From Bigelowiella natans CCMP2755 (lineage: Eukaryota > Protista > Cercozoa): a DNA stretch of 64,000 nucleotides. Location of the stretch: assembly GCA_000320545.1 (NCBI GenBank), contig ADNK01002555.1, forward strand, positions 1 to 64,000, given 5' to 3'. The position numbers were made by a program, and so were the translations under genes. The notes under the pieces are model-generated. The model worked only from the letters and a program-made list of their open reading frames with translations, ran no database searches and was not told the origin of the DNA. Of the stretch, positions 12,756 through 28,461 are shown one piece after another. Numbering within the stretch: position 1 is the first letter of the stretch; every line of letters starts with the position of its first letter.

Positions 12756-14668
12756 GGATATAATTACATAACTACCCGGAGTTGGTTTCTCAAAAAATAT
12801 GCGAAAATCGGCTAAATTGCATATTCCCGGTATTCGGATAAGCTCATTTATATACTTCTGCAATGCCCTGTTAAAATTCATCATGCATAGCGTGTGAGTT
12901 TTGTTTACCCGTTATACATTATATGTTATTTGTTTTTCACATGTAATTCACGCAAATAAACAGGATGATTTCTTCCGGAAAGGATGCATGCATTTGTAAT
13001 TTCTTCCTGGTTATATATGTATATTTATTACTTTCGGCGAGCATGGACAAACGCCTTGTCAAATGATGACTGGAATACCTAATGGATCATCGAGATAATA
13101 GCAAATCAATTATTACAACCACCAACAACTACTGCCAAACTACAATCATATCGTCTTTGACACTTCAGCATACAACACAAAGAATAATAATATGTGGTAT
13201 TGTTCTACACATAATAATACCGTCGTTAGCCCTCTTTTCGGTGGAAGGTTTGGCAATTTCGATATGGAAATTGGTGGAGGGTGATGACTGCTGCTGTTGG
13301 TAGATGATGATGAGACAAACACTTCCCTACCGGTGCTTGAAGTAGTAACTATCCTGTTACCACCACCACTGTTATTATTGCTACTATTACCACCATTACT
13401 GCTTGTTTTGCCTGATCTTGAGCTATGTTTGCTACTAATGCCGGAGCGTGTTGTTGTTGTTGTGTTATCAGGCAGTGCTCTAGAGCCATAAACGCCAGTC
13501 GTTGTCCCCGAGGGTGCAGACGATGTGTTTGAGGAAGAGGAAGAGTATGAGGAAGAGGAGATGGATGCACGGAGACGTTTGTCAAAATGGTGGAAATCTC
13601 GATAACGTTTGTGAAGGTAATACCTACGAGAAGAGGTTCAAAACGATAAAGAATAAATTGATGGAGAGAGAAATCGAAGGAAAGAAAACACACGATGAAA
13701 ACCATACCGAGGAAACGGAAAATTAAAAAAAAGTCGTCGATAACAAGTAGAATCCTCTTCAATTATAAAGAATAAAAAATACGAAAACTTCAAAACACAT
13801 AATGATACAACTTTTTCCCAGTAAGTTCTCTAATCGTTGAATAAATGATGATCTAGTCTTTGTTTGTTTACGCACCCTTTTGATGGTTCATTAGAACTCG
13901 ATGCATCATTGCCATTGATTCCATGTTTTATGGAGGTGCTCTCAGCTTTCTTTTCTACTCCTCCCCCCCCCTTGTAGATAGTACCAGAGGGAATGACATG
14001 AATCACGTAAAATACAACATGGTGTGTGGAATCGATTACAGCTTTTTCGATTCGAATTTGTGGGTTTGCACGTTTCTCTCCCCCTCTCTTTCTCTTTGTC
14101 TTTGGCGACGATTGGATATCCTTCCGTATCTTGCTCTTTGGACTGCTACCCTCCTCCCCACCCTTTGATGATCCTCCGCTCTTGGCAGAACTGCCAGGAG
14201 GAATCTCCGAAGCTTGATAACACGTTGACGATGAACCTCCTTCTACCTGTACAATACGTCTAGCAAACAGACACAATAAACAAACACGATTGGTTGCTTT
14301 AGAAGACAGTATTCAAAGCAAAGCAGGAAAGCACAGAAAGTATACATAGTTTACATAACCTCAAAAGGAATTTGTATTGTAAACTCACAAAAACCATGCG
14401 CAACAAACCTTGAAACTGGTAATGGGGGCGTTTTAGCACCAGCGTTGGCCTTGAAAACAAGTTTACTACATCATTCTTTGGTAATGATTAAGAAGATGAG
14501 CACTGGACACAGCATCATCATCATTAGGGAGGTATGTAGAGAAAAACCATCGTATTATTGTGCAATATCTCCTATTTTGGACGTGTTTTACCGTTACTGC
14601 CTCATCCCCCCTCTCGAGGGGAATGTATAGTTGATCGACTATGTTTCGAGAATTTGAATCCTATTCCA

Positions 14669-14705
<37 letters not shown>

Positions 14706-15457
14706 CAGGGGTATATTATATGATAACAGTTAACACAAACATAAGAATACCCACTACTTGACTACACGTACACGACGATATAATTGTGTATCATAACAAA
14801 AAGTGCTCAGTTTACGCATGATCATGTGAAAATTGACAAATCATCGTCTTCATACACACACACACACACATATACCGTTGCCATACTGTGAATAACAGGA
14901 CCATCAGTTAAATCAAAGTCCGACGATAACGGGTCCAGGTCAGTCATAACAGTTGGAGAGGACAAAGGTGATGAAGAAGCCCCAGCAACCTATATATACA
15001 AACGGTAAAATACAACATGATGATAATACCAAACACACAAATATATCGATGTATCATGCATTTGTATTTAAACATACGCACACAATATATACTAAACTGT
15101 TTATTACCAATATATTTAGTTGAGGGGGTTAGTATACTCTCTATGATGATGATATTAATCTCTGCCAACAATCTAATACCTTTTGATGTCCCGCATTATC
15201 GTTATTATCATCGTTTTGTTTCTTGTTTCTTTCCTTTTCTATGGATGTGGTAAAGTAGGAAAAAATGCAAAATACGGTACATATACACGACAGTGCTTAT
15301 TGAAAGCATTCATTTTGCTCATGTTCATAATTACATAAAACCAAACTCTATGTCGATTATAAACATATTTGATCTTATATGACATTTTTCGGTCTATTTT
15401 TAAAATAGAAGGCGTTTTTCTTCAGCACAGGAGAGAAGGCATCATATATGCAGCTTT

Positions 15458-15493
<36 letters not shown>

Positions 15494-17794
15494 GCACCCA
15501 GTATTATTATCACCTGGTAGAGTTCTTTGCAAATCAGAAAAGGACCCCATAGGCCTTTCTTCTATTCCAGGAATCCAAGATCTACCACCAAACATCTGCA
15601 CCACCAAATAGTAGTTGTGTTAGTAGTAGTATTAGTTTTAGTAGTAGTAGTTATAGTTATAAGATTCAAGATTGAACACAAAACATCTGCACCAAATAGT
15701 AGCAGCTGTAGTAATAGTTGTGGTAATTATAGTTAAAAGTTTATAGATTCTTTTATGACCCGAAAGAGAAGATTTGGAGGTTTTGCAAAATCATCTAATT
15801 GATCCACGCCTGATGACGATGATGACGATTTTTAAAATGGAAGACAACATCAAAATTAATCAATAATAACTATCAATATTAACTAGTGTTTGTAGTGCGG
15901 TAAAATTCCTTAAAACTATATAGTATATGCATTTCCATTCAGCATATGATTTCCTCTTCAATCCCTTTTCCAACATACTGCACACAAGAAAAATCCCATC
16001 ACGCAATATGGATGTAGGAGAGTAATCGAAATATTATGCTTAATATCTTTAGGAGCGCCACAATCACCACCTACTATCACCACCTGCCAAGTTATTGATT
16101 GCATATGCAGCAGCATGCTGGCAATTGCGTTGAAAGTGCCTATATATTGATGATATACAGATCATGATGATGAGTTGTAAATTCATACTCGCACATACAG
16201 TAGTGGTATTATCGACTTATCGTGATAATACTAAAATTTATCCAAATGTTCTTAAATTTAAATTTTTAGTATTATCACGATAACATCATCACTCTTTATT
16301 GCACTGTTACTACTACTACTACTGGAGTGGAAAAACACGCCACTAACATGCGTCAAAAATGATGAAATGACGCTACAAAATGTGATATCATTCATCGTCG
16401 TCATCATCACAAGGTATCATCACATCTTCCAGTCTGTGATATCATTCATCATCAATACGTATGAATCATCACATCATCCAGTCTTCGTAATTGTAGTAAG
16501 TAGTCGTTGTGGTAGTAGTAGTACCTGAACTTTCCCCCATGCAGCTGTTTCATTTCCTTCATTACTTTATCCACCTTATTGCGCCATCATAATTGACAAT
16601 AACAAACAACAATATTTAAATCAATGCAAACTTCTTCAATGCTGGGTTATTAAGGGAAGAAAGTAGATTGGAAACCAGAAAGAATGCTTGATGAAAGAGA
16701 TAAACGTATACTTTATAATAAACTACTGACCCATGCATTGTGTATTTTCTTAGCTTCTTTTCTATCTTGTTCCACAGCATCTTTAGCTTTACTTTCCAAA
16801 GTCTGTACCCACCCTAGAGAGAATATTTGGTTCATATATAACTTTCATACATATATACTCTAAATTAAATCGACGTTTATCTTTGAATGTTGATAGTACA
16901 TACATATTAATAGATTTCCTATGTGCCTACTATGGTTATATGCGTGCTATTTGAGAGGGAAATGGGACAGAAATCTTGCCACCTACCTCCTACAAAGCTA
17001 AAAGGAAACATATTCGAAGGACTGCTATCTTGTTTGCCCTTCTGTTTACAAATATTACAAATACCAGAAGATGGATTATTTGAATGCTTCAAAGGAAACA
17101 GGGGGGGGGGATTTAGAAAACTAAACGGTACTAGTAGAGGATTATATTTGAATAATTCCAAAATTACTGAAAATGAGTACCTTGCTATTCTTGTTCTTAT
17201 TATCATCATCACCATCATCATCCTTGTCTCCAGCATCATCACTTCGTCGATGTTTATCTTCCTCTTCCTTCTCCTTTGCCCATCATGATTCAGAATACAT
17301 AATAACAAAAATAGCAGAGAGACTTTGTTTGCACGGATTTGAATCAATCGTTGTGGCGTGAATAAATTACAAAAATAGGATAAAGGTGGTAGTAGCAATA
17401 CTAAGTTGAACCTCTTGATGATGCTTTCTTGCTAGTTGAAGACTTTTGGCTTGTCCTGGTGATACTTCTACTTGATACCACACCTATTATTGCATAGTAG
17501 TACATAACCCAACTATACTTAAGAGTAGTTAAATGCTGTGTACATATTGTTACACGTCTCTCTTGAGTGTAAATCATACAGTATGTATTGTGTTATTGAT
17601 AATATTAAATTCGAGCACCGATTCTCCATTCGCATCAGTTTTGGTGTGAATCCAGGGTTTCTTCCCTTCGTAATAATGCCCAGTTTTCATAAAATATACC
17701 TGCAATATACATTCAAATGCTGATGGTGTTTTGTATGTAAACAACATGTCACTGTTTATTCACGGTAATTAGATACTTCTTCGTTTGCAGCAGT

Positions 17795-17831
<37 letters not shown>

Positions 17832-18232
17832 TTCACACACAAACGAGGATATACTACTTAGATGTTCATACCGTCTGTTCGTCATCATTCCAATTTGGGT
17901 TATCAAAGTCCTGTTGATATTCACGCACTGCAATGTATGGTTTTCCTACGATGTCAGCCAAACCAACAAAAGAATCGTTAGACACTGCTCACGTAGTAAT
18001 ACCTATACCTATAATAACACATGGAATGCCTACTGGAAAATACAAATCCAGAGGCAATAAGACTTGCAATTCGTTTTGAATCGAACACAATCGAGGTGGA
18101 TCATCTCCGTCTTTGGCACACAATACAAGACATCATCATCATCATCATCATCATCATTATCATCATCATCACAATACAAGACATCATCATCATCATCATC
18201 ATCATCATCATTATCATTATCACAATACAAGA

Positions 18233-18267
<35 letters not shown>

Positions 18268-19640
18268 CTATCATCATTACAATACAAGACACATCATCAT
18301 CATCATCGTCTCTTCATCCCGAAAGACGAGAATTTTGTTTTCATAGTTCTACTCATAGCACTTACACACGATGGCCACAATTAAAATACGTCCATACACA
18401 AATATATAAAGGGATGTAGTAGCTGATTAACGTGAATTGTACCTTCAAAAATTATCATATCAACGACCGTCTCGAAGAAAGCTGTTTCCCTATGAAGTTT
18501 CTCCTTCTTCTCTTTCCGTAGGACTTTACCCGACGAATCTTTGATTTCTACATCAACTTTGCGCACTTGCAAGATAGGTCTGTGACAGAGTAGATAACAG
18601 TGCCAGCAGAGATAACACTTAACGCCAACGTCTTTGAGTTTTAACCCTACTATTCTTATGTTCTCATTTTAGTACTTTTTATAAACTTACTTACTATTAC
18701 TACTACTGCTACTACTACTCCTCCTTCTACTACCTCTGGGTCTTTATCACAACGCCAGAGTGTGTTATAGGAATCTTGGCCCTTCGAACGAGAGGATGCG
18801 TGTATGCTGGGTTCTCCACTTGACTGATACCTTGATGATAATAGAAAAGTAGTAAATGAGGATGATTTACTAATACCTTGATGATAATAGAAAAGTAGTA
18901 GTAGATGATGGTGATTTATTCAGTTCTTATCGGGTAGTGGTATTAGTTTCATTGTGTCCATTGACATGCATCCATTACTACTACTTGGTTACTTTCATTT
19001 CAATTGCCTAAAATGTACAGTAATATAATGCAATTTAAATGCATGAAATGTATAGAAACATAATGCAAATGACTGTTCGTACGTAACGAAATGGGACTTT
19101 AAACAACACATCTTACTTCCAAACAAAAATACATCTTCACACAACTGCACTTACATACGCGAAGCGGAATATGAATTAAGTTTGTAGTCTATTTTCTTTT
19201 ACGGGTATTGAACCATATCTTATTTATCAATCGGAGTAGTATATGAATGGCAAAAAGAGGACGCTTGGAAAAAAAGGAAAAGAGGTAGTAATAGTAGTAG
19301 CAGTAGTAGTAGTATAAACAGTGCAACACTACTGTTATGATAGGAATATAACTACTTGTGAATATTTTTGTTTCTTCTTCCTCTTTTAGTTTTTCTTCTT
19401 CAGGCGTTGGTGGAGGCAGTGGCTGCTGACGATCAGTACCAATCTATATATTGTTTAAGCGGAGAGAGAATGGAAAACAGAGGGGGGGAAAGGAGTGGAG
19501 AACAACCATCTATGTTAAAACAAACAGATGAAGGTTAAGTAAAGGCTTGAGTTACAAAGTTATTAAGCAAATTGGTCGCATCTAAATAAATCATTACACA
19601 ACCACACACACGCTCACACGCTCACACGCACACACACACG

Positions 19641-19672
<32 letters not shown>

Positions 19673-19716
19673 CGCACACACGCACACACACACACACACA
19701 CACGCTTGGGCGTACT

Positions 19717-19756
<40 letters not shown>

Positions 19757-19830
19757 TAGAGAGAATCAATGCGCCATCATCTAATCAGCGTGCGAGAACA
19801 TTCCCTACTGAATTAGTTTTGTTTTCTCAC

Positions 19831-19868
<38 letters not shown>

Positions 19869-21164
19869 CGCTCTCTCTCTATTTGTTAATGAGAATACGT
19901 AAGTAACTAAATCTCACTTCTGAGCCAGTGCCATTTTCATTTATGTCTTCCTTAATCCCTTGTTTTCTTCCACCATTGCCTTTGTTGGTGTTATCATGAG
20001 CATCTATATCTGCATCTTTACCATCAACATCTTTCCTCTGCTGCTGGGAATTACTGGTACTATCAACGCCATTGCTACTGTCTTTTATCAATAATTGAGT
20101 TGTTTCCTTTTTCTTCCGAAGTAGCCATCCTACCCCTTCCCCTGCCTTTACTGATTTATTGCCGACTACAGAGGAGGAGTGAGAAGAAGCAGAGGGCTGA
20201 ACATCGCCATTGCTTTGCTTCTTCATGTCAGTGTTTCTTGCAGTTTTGTTGTTGTCGTTGAGCTGATCGTTTTTCTCTCCTGGATTTCCATTAATTACAG
20301 GAGGGACAATGAGCGCTTCTTGCACGGATGAGTGCAATGTCGACGATATCGGCATTGAAATTGTCATTTTACCTTGGACGACGTTAGGAAGACTTTGCAG
20401 AATCGTTTTGAGGGCAATTCCCAGAGCACGACAACGACTGGAGATCTGAAGTGTCATTAAATTGCCTCCGCGGACTCTAAATCTTATACTGTCATCTCCA
20501 ACCTGTTCAAAGATATAGAATATAAACGATACAAATATGCATCAAATAGTGTGTGACAGCATTCTTATTATCACCAACAACTATCATCATTATCATCAAA
20601 ATATATTTACAACAAATTACACATTGTTACCAGATGTGCTTTAGAGTAATGTGCTGTTTCGATATCGACTAGTGGGATTTGCTTTTCTATTCCTCCCCCC
20701 TTTTCCACAGAATGCAACCGCAAGACTCGGTAGTTTGTTAAGTATATTGAGCTAAGGCGAAATAATGAATGTAAATTAATGCCAATAGCAATTAAACAAA
20801 TAGTATGTATATTTCAAAAATTTAAAATGACTATGTAGCCTGAAAATCAGCACTGAAGATTAAGTTCTCATCTTGTGACTTGTGATAGTTTACCAAAAGA
20901 ACAAGATATATCTCCCATTACCGCAACAACTGATATCTCTCATTCTTTCTCTCAATCCTCAACGCATGTTTGAAACATGACCATGTACGCACATCATATG
21001 AAGGCGACACCGACAATAACATCCTGTTGTAGTAGTTATATATGGTAGTACATGTATGTTAAAAACGACACCCGACTTACCCTGATCTGCCCTGCTGTGT
21101 AAATCCCCAGATAATAATTTCATGTGGGTCAAGCCATGCAGCAGCCTTGTCCTTCAACAGTATT

Positions 21165-21196
<32 letters not shown>

Positions 21197-22800
21197 GTTG
21201 TCACATAATAGTTAAAACCATTCACTACTGTCTTCGTATTAACTGCCATTGTTTCATATCCTCCTTCTCATATACCCTCTTATTAATTCAAAATACATCT
21301 ACAAAATCGATAATAGCACTGTAATTATTTAAACTTCCAGCTCTCAAATCATAAAAATTATAATGACCCCTGTTTCTCTTACTATCTGTGCAATCAATCA
21401 TTATCATATTATGTGACGATATGCTCGCATGCACAAATCACCTTCAAAGCAGCAACAACATTGATATGATTTGTATCTTTGAGAGAAGAAACCGCATGTT
21501 CAAGAGAAGAAAGAATAGCTTTATGCTGTTCGTTTTGTTTAGATTCATCTGCTGTTGATGGGGGAGAGGATTGGGGTGGGGTAAGATTTCATCATAAATC
21601 TTGGTTAGAACTGACGTGACTAATAGCATGATCAAAACGTATCTGCATTGCACGTCAAACACACACACATACAGAGAGAGAGAGAGAGGGAAAGAGAGAA
21701 AGAGAGAGAGATACACAAATACACAAACACCTCATTGCTACCATTGCTGAGAGATTCTGCTCTTGCTGCTTTCGAAACCTAATGCAACAATGATACACAT
21801 TTGAGACTAGTGGGAGGAGGAATCATTTGAGACGAGTTAGAGGAGGAATGAATGCTGTGTTTATGCAGCAAAAATCATTCTCCTCATGCATCAACATCCC
21901 CCCCCCCCCCCCCCCCCCCACACACACACACATACACAAACATACAAATCCAAAGTAAGAGACCAAACCAGTTTCATAAGCTCAATTTCCTCTTCGTCTT
22001 CTTCCTCAAAATCCAGAGACTTCTCACCAACACCTTCTCCAACGCTCAGAGTTTGCCGCTCTCTATTAAAAAAGATAGTAGTAAATTTATTACGTAGGTC
22101 TCTTCATTACTAAGAAATACATTATTCTCAATATAATTGCACACACACACACACACACACACACATGTACGATATTCGCAAATATAATAAATCGCTTGAA
22201 TAACAACAATATGCCACACGAATAATAATTTGAGTACCTCGGAGCTATAACCATAGCATCTAAATTAATCTCAGCTTCCTCCTTCTTTTTCTTCTTGTTG
22301 TCCCCTTTCTCCTTCTCTTCTGTTGGTGGGGTAGCAAGTGCATGCTCCGTAGTCGATATGGCAGCAGGAGCATTGATCATTGGCGAGCCCTTTTCAAAAT
22401 CACAACAAACACACTATATTACTACCAAGTAAGAATTAAAGGATGAGTCACCAATGTGATACGTTTAAAATAATTTTTCGAATTAAAGGCAAAAATTGAG
22501 TTGTTACGTGGGAAAGACATTCGCGCATTCAATCTCCAATGATTCGCAACAATTGGCAATAATATATGATAAATAATAAAATATACACATAATATACAGT
22601 TGTTCTCCGTTATACTATCAAAACAGAAGTAGTATCATCACCTTTTCTTCTCTTTCTCCTACCTCATCAGACATGTTAATCACTAGTGCAGCAGCATGTG
22701 TTTGGCCATCATTCTGATAGAATAACAAACCGTATGTTTTTACCACCACCACTTCATAAAGGACGTCATAATAAACAGTATCAAATGTATTTCAATCTCC

Positions 22801-22842
<42 letters not shown>

Positions 22843-25391
22843 GTGGGACATGGAGAAGGGGGCAGAGAGAGGGAATAGTGGGAGCGAAGAAGTTAAATCC
22901 TCATATACCTTCTTTTCAATTGGAATTGGCATGGTACGTGAACGATGTTTATTTAGCATCTTCATATATACCTACAATGCGATAAGCTTATATCTCTTGT
23001 GCAAAATTTCTACATCGAATTTCTAGGAGCGTGCCATTACTTTCTCTCTGTCTCTCTGTATTTCTGTCTGTCTCTTTCCATGTATTTGAGGCATCATGCT
23101 CATCTGGTATTCTATTTGGTAGGTAGTTGTGATAACAAACTATAAACTACTACTACTACTACTACTACTACCGGCAATGACGCTCTCCATCGTAAGTAAG
23201 CTGCATCAGATACGAACGACACGTGCAATTCTGCACGTCCATATCTATACCAACCAAAATATTAATCATATATAAATTATGAGCATTGGTAAAGTTGATG
23301 ACGTGTTCTTAACGTTCTACTCATATATTGATAATGTCGATGATGATGATCATCATCATCATAATGATGATTTGGAACAAAATGCGCCAAAAAAACAGAA
23401 CTTTACTCATAACAACAGCCAGAATACCCACCCTGGTTTTCGAGCTGATGATGCACTTCGCGCGTGCCTGTTTCTAGGTGATTTTTTCTGTGCAGCTGCT
23501 TCTGTTTTATTGCCTGAAAACCCCTCATCCGAGTTGATAGGAGAAAGAGGAGGAGATCTAACTTCCATTTTATCTGTTTTGATACGGCTATTATCACTGG
23601 CATAAGGCTTGAGGCTAATCCTGGTGCTAGTTACTACATGCTGCTGCTGCTGCTGCTGCTTTTGATCCACAGTAGCCGTAGTTTCATTATTGTTGATGTT
23701 ATTTGGGGATACTCTACTACTGATACTAGTAGTAGTAGTAGCCTTAAGAGCTGCTGCTCTCTGTACTTTACAACTTGCATCGCTTCTTTCAATTTCAGAC
23801 GGGGGCTGTATAGGAGCTTTTAACCTTTGCTTAGACAACGGCCTCCTCCTCCTTTAATAGAGATTATGATATGTGTGATAATTCATTTTCGAAGTAAATA
23901 TCTTTGTCATATAAAATAGGATGAATTGGGAATCATGCCAAAGTAGTAGTGTTGAAATAATAGTAGGATGCAGTTGAAATATTATCACTTTCATACATAT
24001 TTTCCAACAGGATTCATCATCATCATCCACATCAATAGCAGCGTCATCGTTTAACTCCTTGATAAGCACCTTCTTGTTTGTTCGTTTTGGTCTTGATGAT
24101 GACGATCCATCTCTTCATCATTATTCGTCGCTTCATCTTCTTTTTTGTTACCATCACTACTTCGTTTGTTTGTAGTTGACTTCATGCCGCATATGTCCTC
24201 CTTTGTTCCCCCTCCCTTTCTCTCTTCCTTTCTCTTTTCTCCTGGATTGCTTTGCTTAATATCGTCAATTGACTGGTGTGCAGTTAAAAATTTCTCTAAT
24301 TCCAACACTGAAACATTAGAAACTTCATCGTTTTCCCCTTCTTTGTTGGTCAATTTATAGCTACTACTACTGCCATCATCTTCCGTATTTTTAACCTCGT
24401 TTTGCGAAGAAGGTGATTTCCCATGAGGCGCTTCAATACTTTTAGGTAATTTCATGTCGTTTTTTCCTTTTTGATCTCCGGAGAGAGAATCTAACTCCTC
24501 CGGAGACCGAGCGACAATAGATACCTTATGAAACAAGCATCAGAAAAGTGGAAATGAGGAAGTGATGACCCATTAGCTAGAGATATACCATGTGACTTAT
24601 ACCAACAAGTTCAGTACTGACATTATACATGCGTTTATTGCAACAACATTAAATCAACAGTGGTAATTCTCATTATCACAATTTTGTGGTATTTGAAACA
24701 AATATACACAAACTCGAGTTCAAGTATTCTTATGACGAAATTGTTCCTTTTTCCTCTACTAGTAGCAGGAAGTATAGTATAATACCGAGTTCTTTGTAAG
24801 ATCGTTATACGTTTGGTAGAGGGTGGGAGAGAGGGATGGAAAGTGAAGTTCTGCTTCTAGTAGCTCCAAATGAGCGTCCTTTATATCAGATGAGATGGTT
24901 CATGCATCAGTCGTAACAGATTATTCACTTTATCATATAATAAAACAACGTTTCTATGGCTAGTTTGTGCATCTACATAATACCTTTTTCCAAGATTGAT
25001 AGATGATCTTTCCATTTTCAACCTACGATGTAGCACCCAACAAAGAAGTAGAAGTAAGAAGTAGTATCTATCTACTACGTATTATTAAGACGGACTCGAG
25101 TGAGAACATCATCATCATCATAATCATCATCATCATTAGCATACCCATATTTGCGTTTGCTTCAACCCTCCTTTGGAAGTAACACGATACACCTATTATT
25201 ACCAAAAGGATTAGAGGTGGATAAAAAAAGATTATAGTCTCAAGAGACACTAAACACCACGTAAAGAGGTGGGTCCCCAATGCTGTATGCAGTAAACAAC
25301 TAATGTTGGTTGGACCCAAAAGCCTCACCTTCCCAAACCAAGTGTTACCCCGACAACAAGCATCGATCAAAATGTTGTTTCGATGCCGATA

Positions 25392-25461
<70 letters not shown>

Positions 25462-27127
25462 ATTATAATTGCTATAGTCACCATTACCTGCACTGGGGTA
25501 GAAAGGTACCACAGCTGCGGTTCTTGCGTTGAGATCTGTACTAGTCTCTGCATAGTATATCACCATATCAATGATACACAAAAGATAATATGTATATTAT
25601 TACTATTATTATTATTATTATTATTATACACGTTTTGCTTATTTTGAATATACTTTGCTACTTATCTGTCGTTGCATATAGCTACACCATAACCACTCTA
25701 TTTGTCCATTTATGTGGATGTTGAAAGGGGGGGGAGAGGGAGACTTGTTGGCAGATAAGCTAAGTAAGATGTAAGTTAATACCAGGAGCTCCTCATCACC
25801 AGACGATGTTCGTTCAGAAATGTGAGATAATAAAGGGCCTTCAAGATTACTCTTCTTCCCACCTACTGCCTTCATTGCAATTACCTCTGCATTTCCATTT
25901 GTCCCCCGCCCTGCTTCCATTGTTTTCATGCCAAACTGTAATGATAACATAGGTAGAGAAGAACGATGATAACCTCATATTTTATCAAAAAGAAAAGAAT
26001 TTCACACGTAACCTCATTTTATGTGATTGTCAATAAGAGACCGAAGAAAAAAAGGAGATAAAAACGTGCAAACAACAGCAGTCGTGGGAGAGAGGATAAA
26101 GAGGATGATTGCTAGTGGTGTTTTTACCACCACCTTATTATGCTGATCTTTAAAGGAAGAAGGGTAGTGATTGGATAGATCCAGCTCATCCTCTCCGCCA
26201 AATGCATTCCTACCATCGTAATGTAGTAGAGCAATATCGATGATGCACATATTTTATTATAATAAAAATAAAGGAACATGAGATATGATATGAGTGATTA
26301 TTCTCCATAACAACTAGTAAGTAGTAGCTTGATCAATATAATAACAGAATTACTCATTGGGAAATACATATAATAATCCCTCGCAAATGAATATATTTAA
26401 GATGGAATAGAAAAATATGTGCTATATCATACTTATCAAGTACCCCCTCTCCCTTCTATTGCTTCGATGTGCCTTTGATTCTTTGTCATTCCTAAATATT
26501 GGTGAGAATATCGAGAGAATGAAGAAAGGTATGCTGTTTCTTTGGCACATCGATAACACGTCACAAATATCGTCGTCCTGCTGCTCTTAGATAGAATATA
26601 CATATTATACACGTATTAAGGTCCTTCTTACTTTGAGTCAGCATGTCCTCGCCCATATACACCTACTCCTCCTCCTCCTCCTCCTCCATCAATGCGTCTT
26701 GACTCTTTAACCTTTTCAGCAGCTCTGAATAGAAGAGATATCATGTATTACACGCATTTAACACTTCTTCAATTTGAAGCAAAGTTAAGAAAAACATACA
26801 AATATAACGGAGGAGTATATAATATGGTGCTGCTGTTACCACAAAAAACACATTAGTGCAACACCATTCCAAAGAAACGTGTATTACTACTAATACTAGT
26901 ACCTTTGGTCAAGTTCTCTCAGTACCTCACGCAGTGGTTTAATTGGAGAGACCGATGGAGGAGAGTAGGTGGGGGGAGGGGGTGTGGCTGTAAAGTGTTC
27001 CCGTGTTGCTGTTGTTGTTGTTGCTGCTGTTGTTATTGTTGTTGTTGTTGTTGTTGTTGTTGCACTTGTTGTTATTGCAGGTTTCTGGGCAAATGTTGTT
27101 GCTGTTGTTGTTGCTGCTGCTGTTGTT

Positions 27128-27158
<31 letters not shown>

Positions 27159-27192
27159 CACTTGTTGTTATTGCAGGTTTCTGGGCAAATGT

Positions 27193-27224
<32 letters not shown>

Positions 27225-28426
27225 TTGTTGCACTTGTTGTTATTGCAGGTTTCTGGGCAAATGTTGCAGCATAAGAGAAGTTGCCTTTTTGTTTCTGATT
27301 ATGAAGAGGAGGGGGAGAAGGAGGGTAAGTTGGCTCCTCCCCTGCCTCCTCCTCCTCCTCTTTGTTCTCCATCATCTTCTCCTTTGCCTCCCCCTCCTCT
27401 TTGTTCTCCATCATCTTCTCCTTTAAGGCTGTTGTCGATTTCTCGTCATCGTAGTCGTAAATATTAGTAGTGGCTCCTTTTCTCAAAGCTCTAGTTTCAT
27501 TCCTACCACTTATCAAAACCCATTCCTCTTTATGCGAGGAAGAGCTATTTCCACTAACAGTTACTGATGTTGGTGGTGGTGATGATGATGATGATGATGA
27601 TGCTTTAATTGCTGATGTAGCTGTAGTCCTCATCCTCCCTGTAGTAGTAGCAGTAGTTGTAGTAGTAGTAGTAGTAATAGCTTTTGGCGTTGATGGTGAT
27701 GATGATGATGATGATGAAGCTTCTATTTTGGCTCTTTCATCAACGAGACTGCTAATATTCCTCCCTTTCTCTGTTGTTGCTGCTGCTGCTGCTGTGGAAA
27801 TCATCATCATCCTTCTTCGCATATTCGACTTGCCAACCATTGCGCCTGACTCCTTCTCTGATCCTTGATTTTCCTTCTTTTCTGTATTATCTCTAACGGT
27901 ATTATTGCTATCCTTCTTTCTGGGTTTAATACTATCATCATTTCCATCGTTGTAGTGTTCCTGCATGCCCCCAATTTCAACTCGATGATTATCGTTGTTA
28001 ACGAAGGAAGAAGGAGGAGAAATGGTGGTGCTAGACTTCTTCTTCTCCTTCTTCTTCTTCTCCTTCTTGTTCTTCTTTTTGACACAACTGATTTCTTCAG
28101 ATATTCCAACAAGTAACTTATACCTGAGAATGAAAAGAATAAAAAGGAAGAGAGTTTGTTCTCGCACTACTAGGAGGAAACATAGTGATAGGTCATCATA
28201 AAACATCACGTGATGAATATGTTATTGTAGTAAGTAATCATCATTATCCAGGAGGAAGAGGAGAAAGAGGAGGAGGACAAGCAATGGATGTGGTAATGTC
28301 TTCTTGTTTTATTTGAATAAATTATCAGATATTACGACCAAACACTATATGTATTATACCACCATCAAACATTCATTCATGCAATAGCAATAGCAAACAG
28401 CAGAACGATAATTAGTCGACTATCTT

Positions 28427-28461
<35 letters not shown>

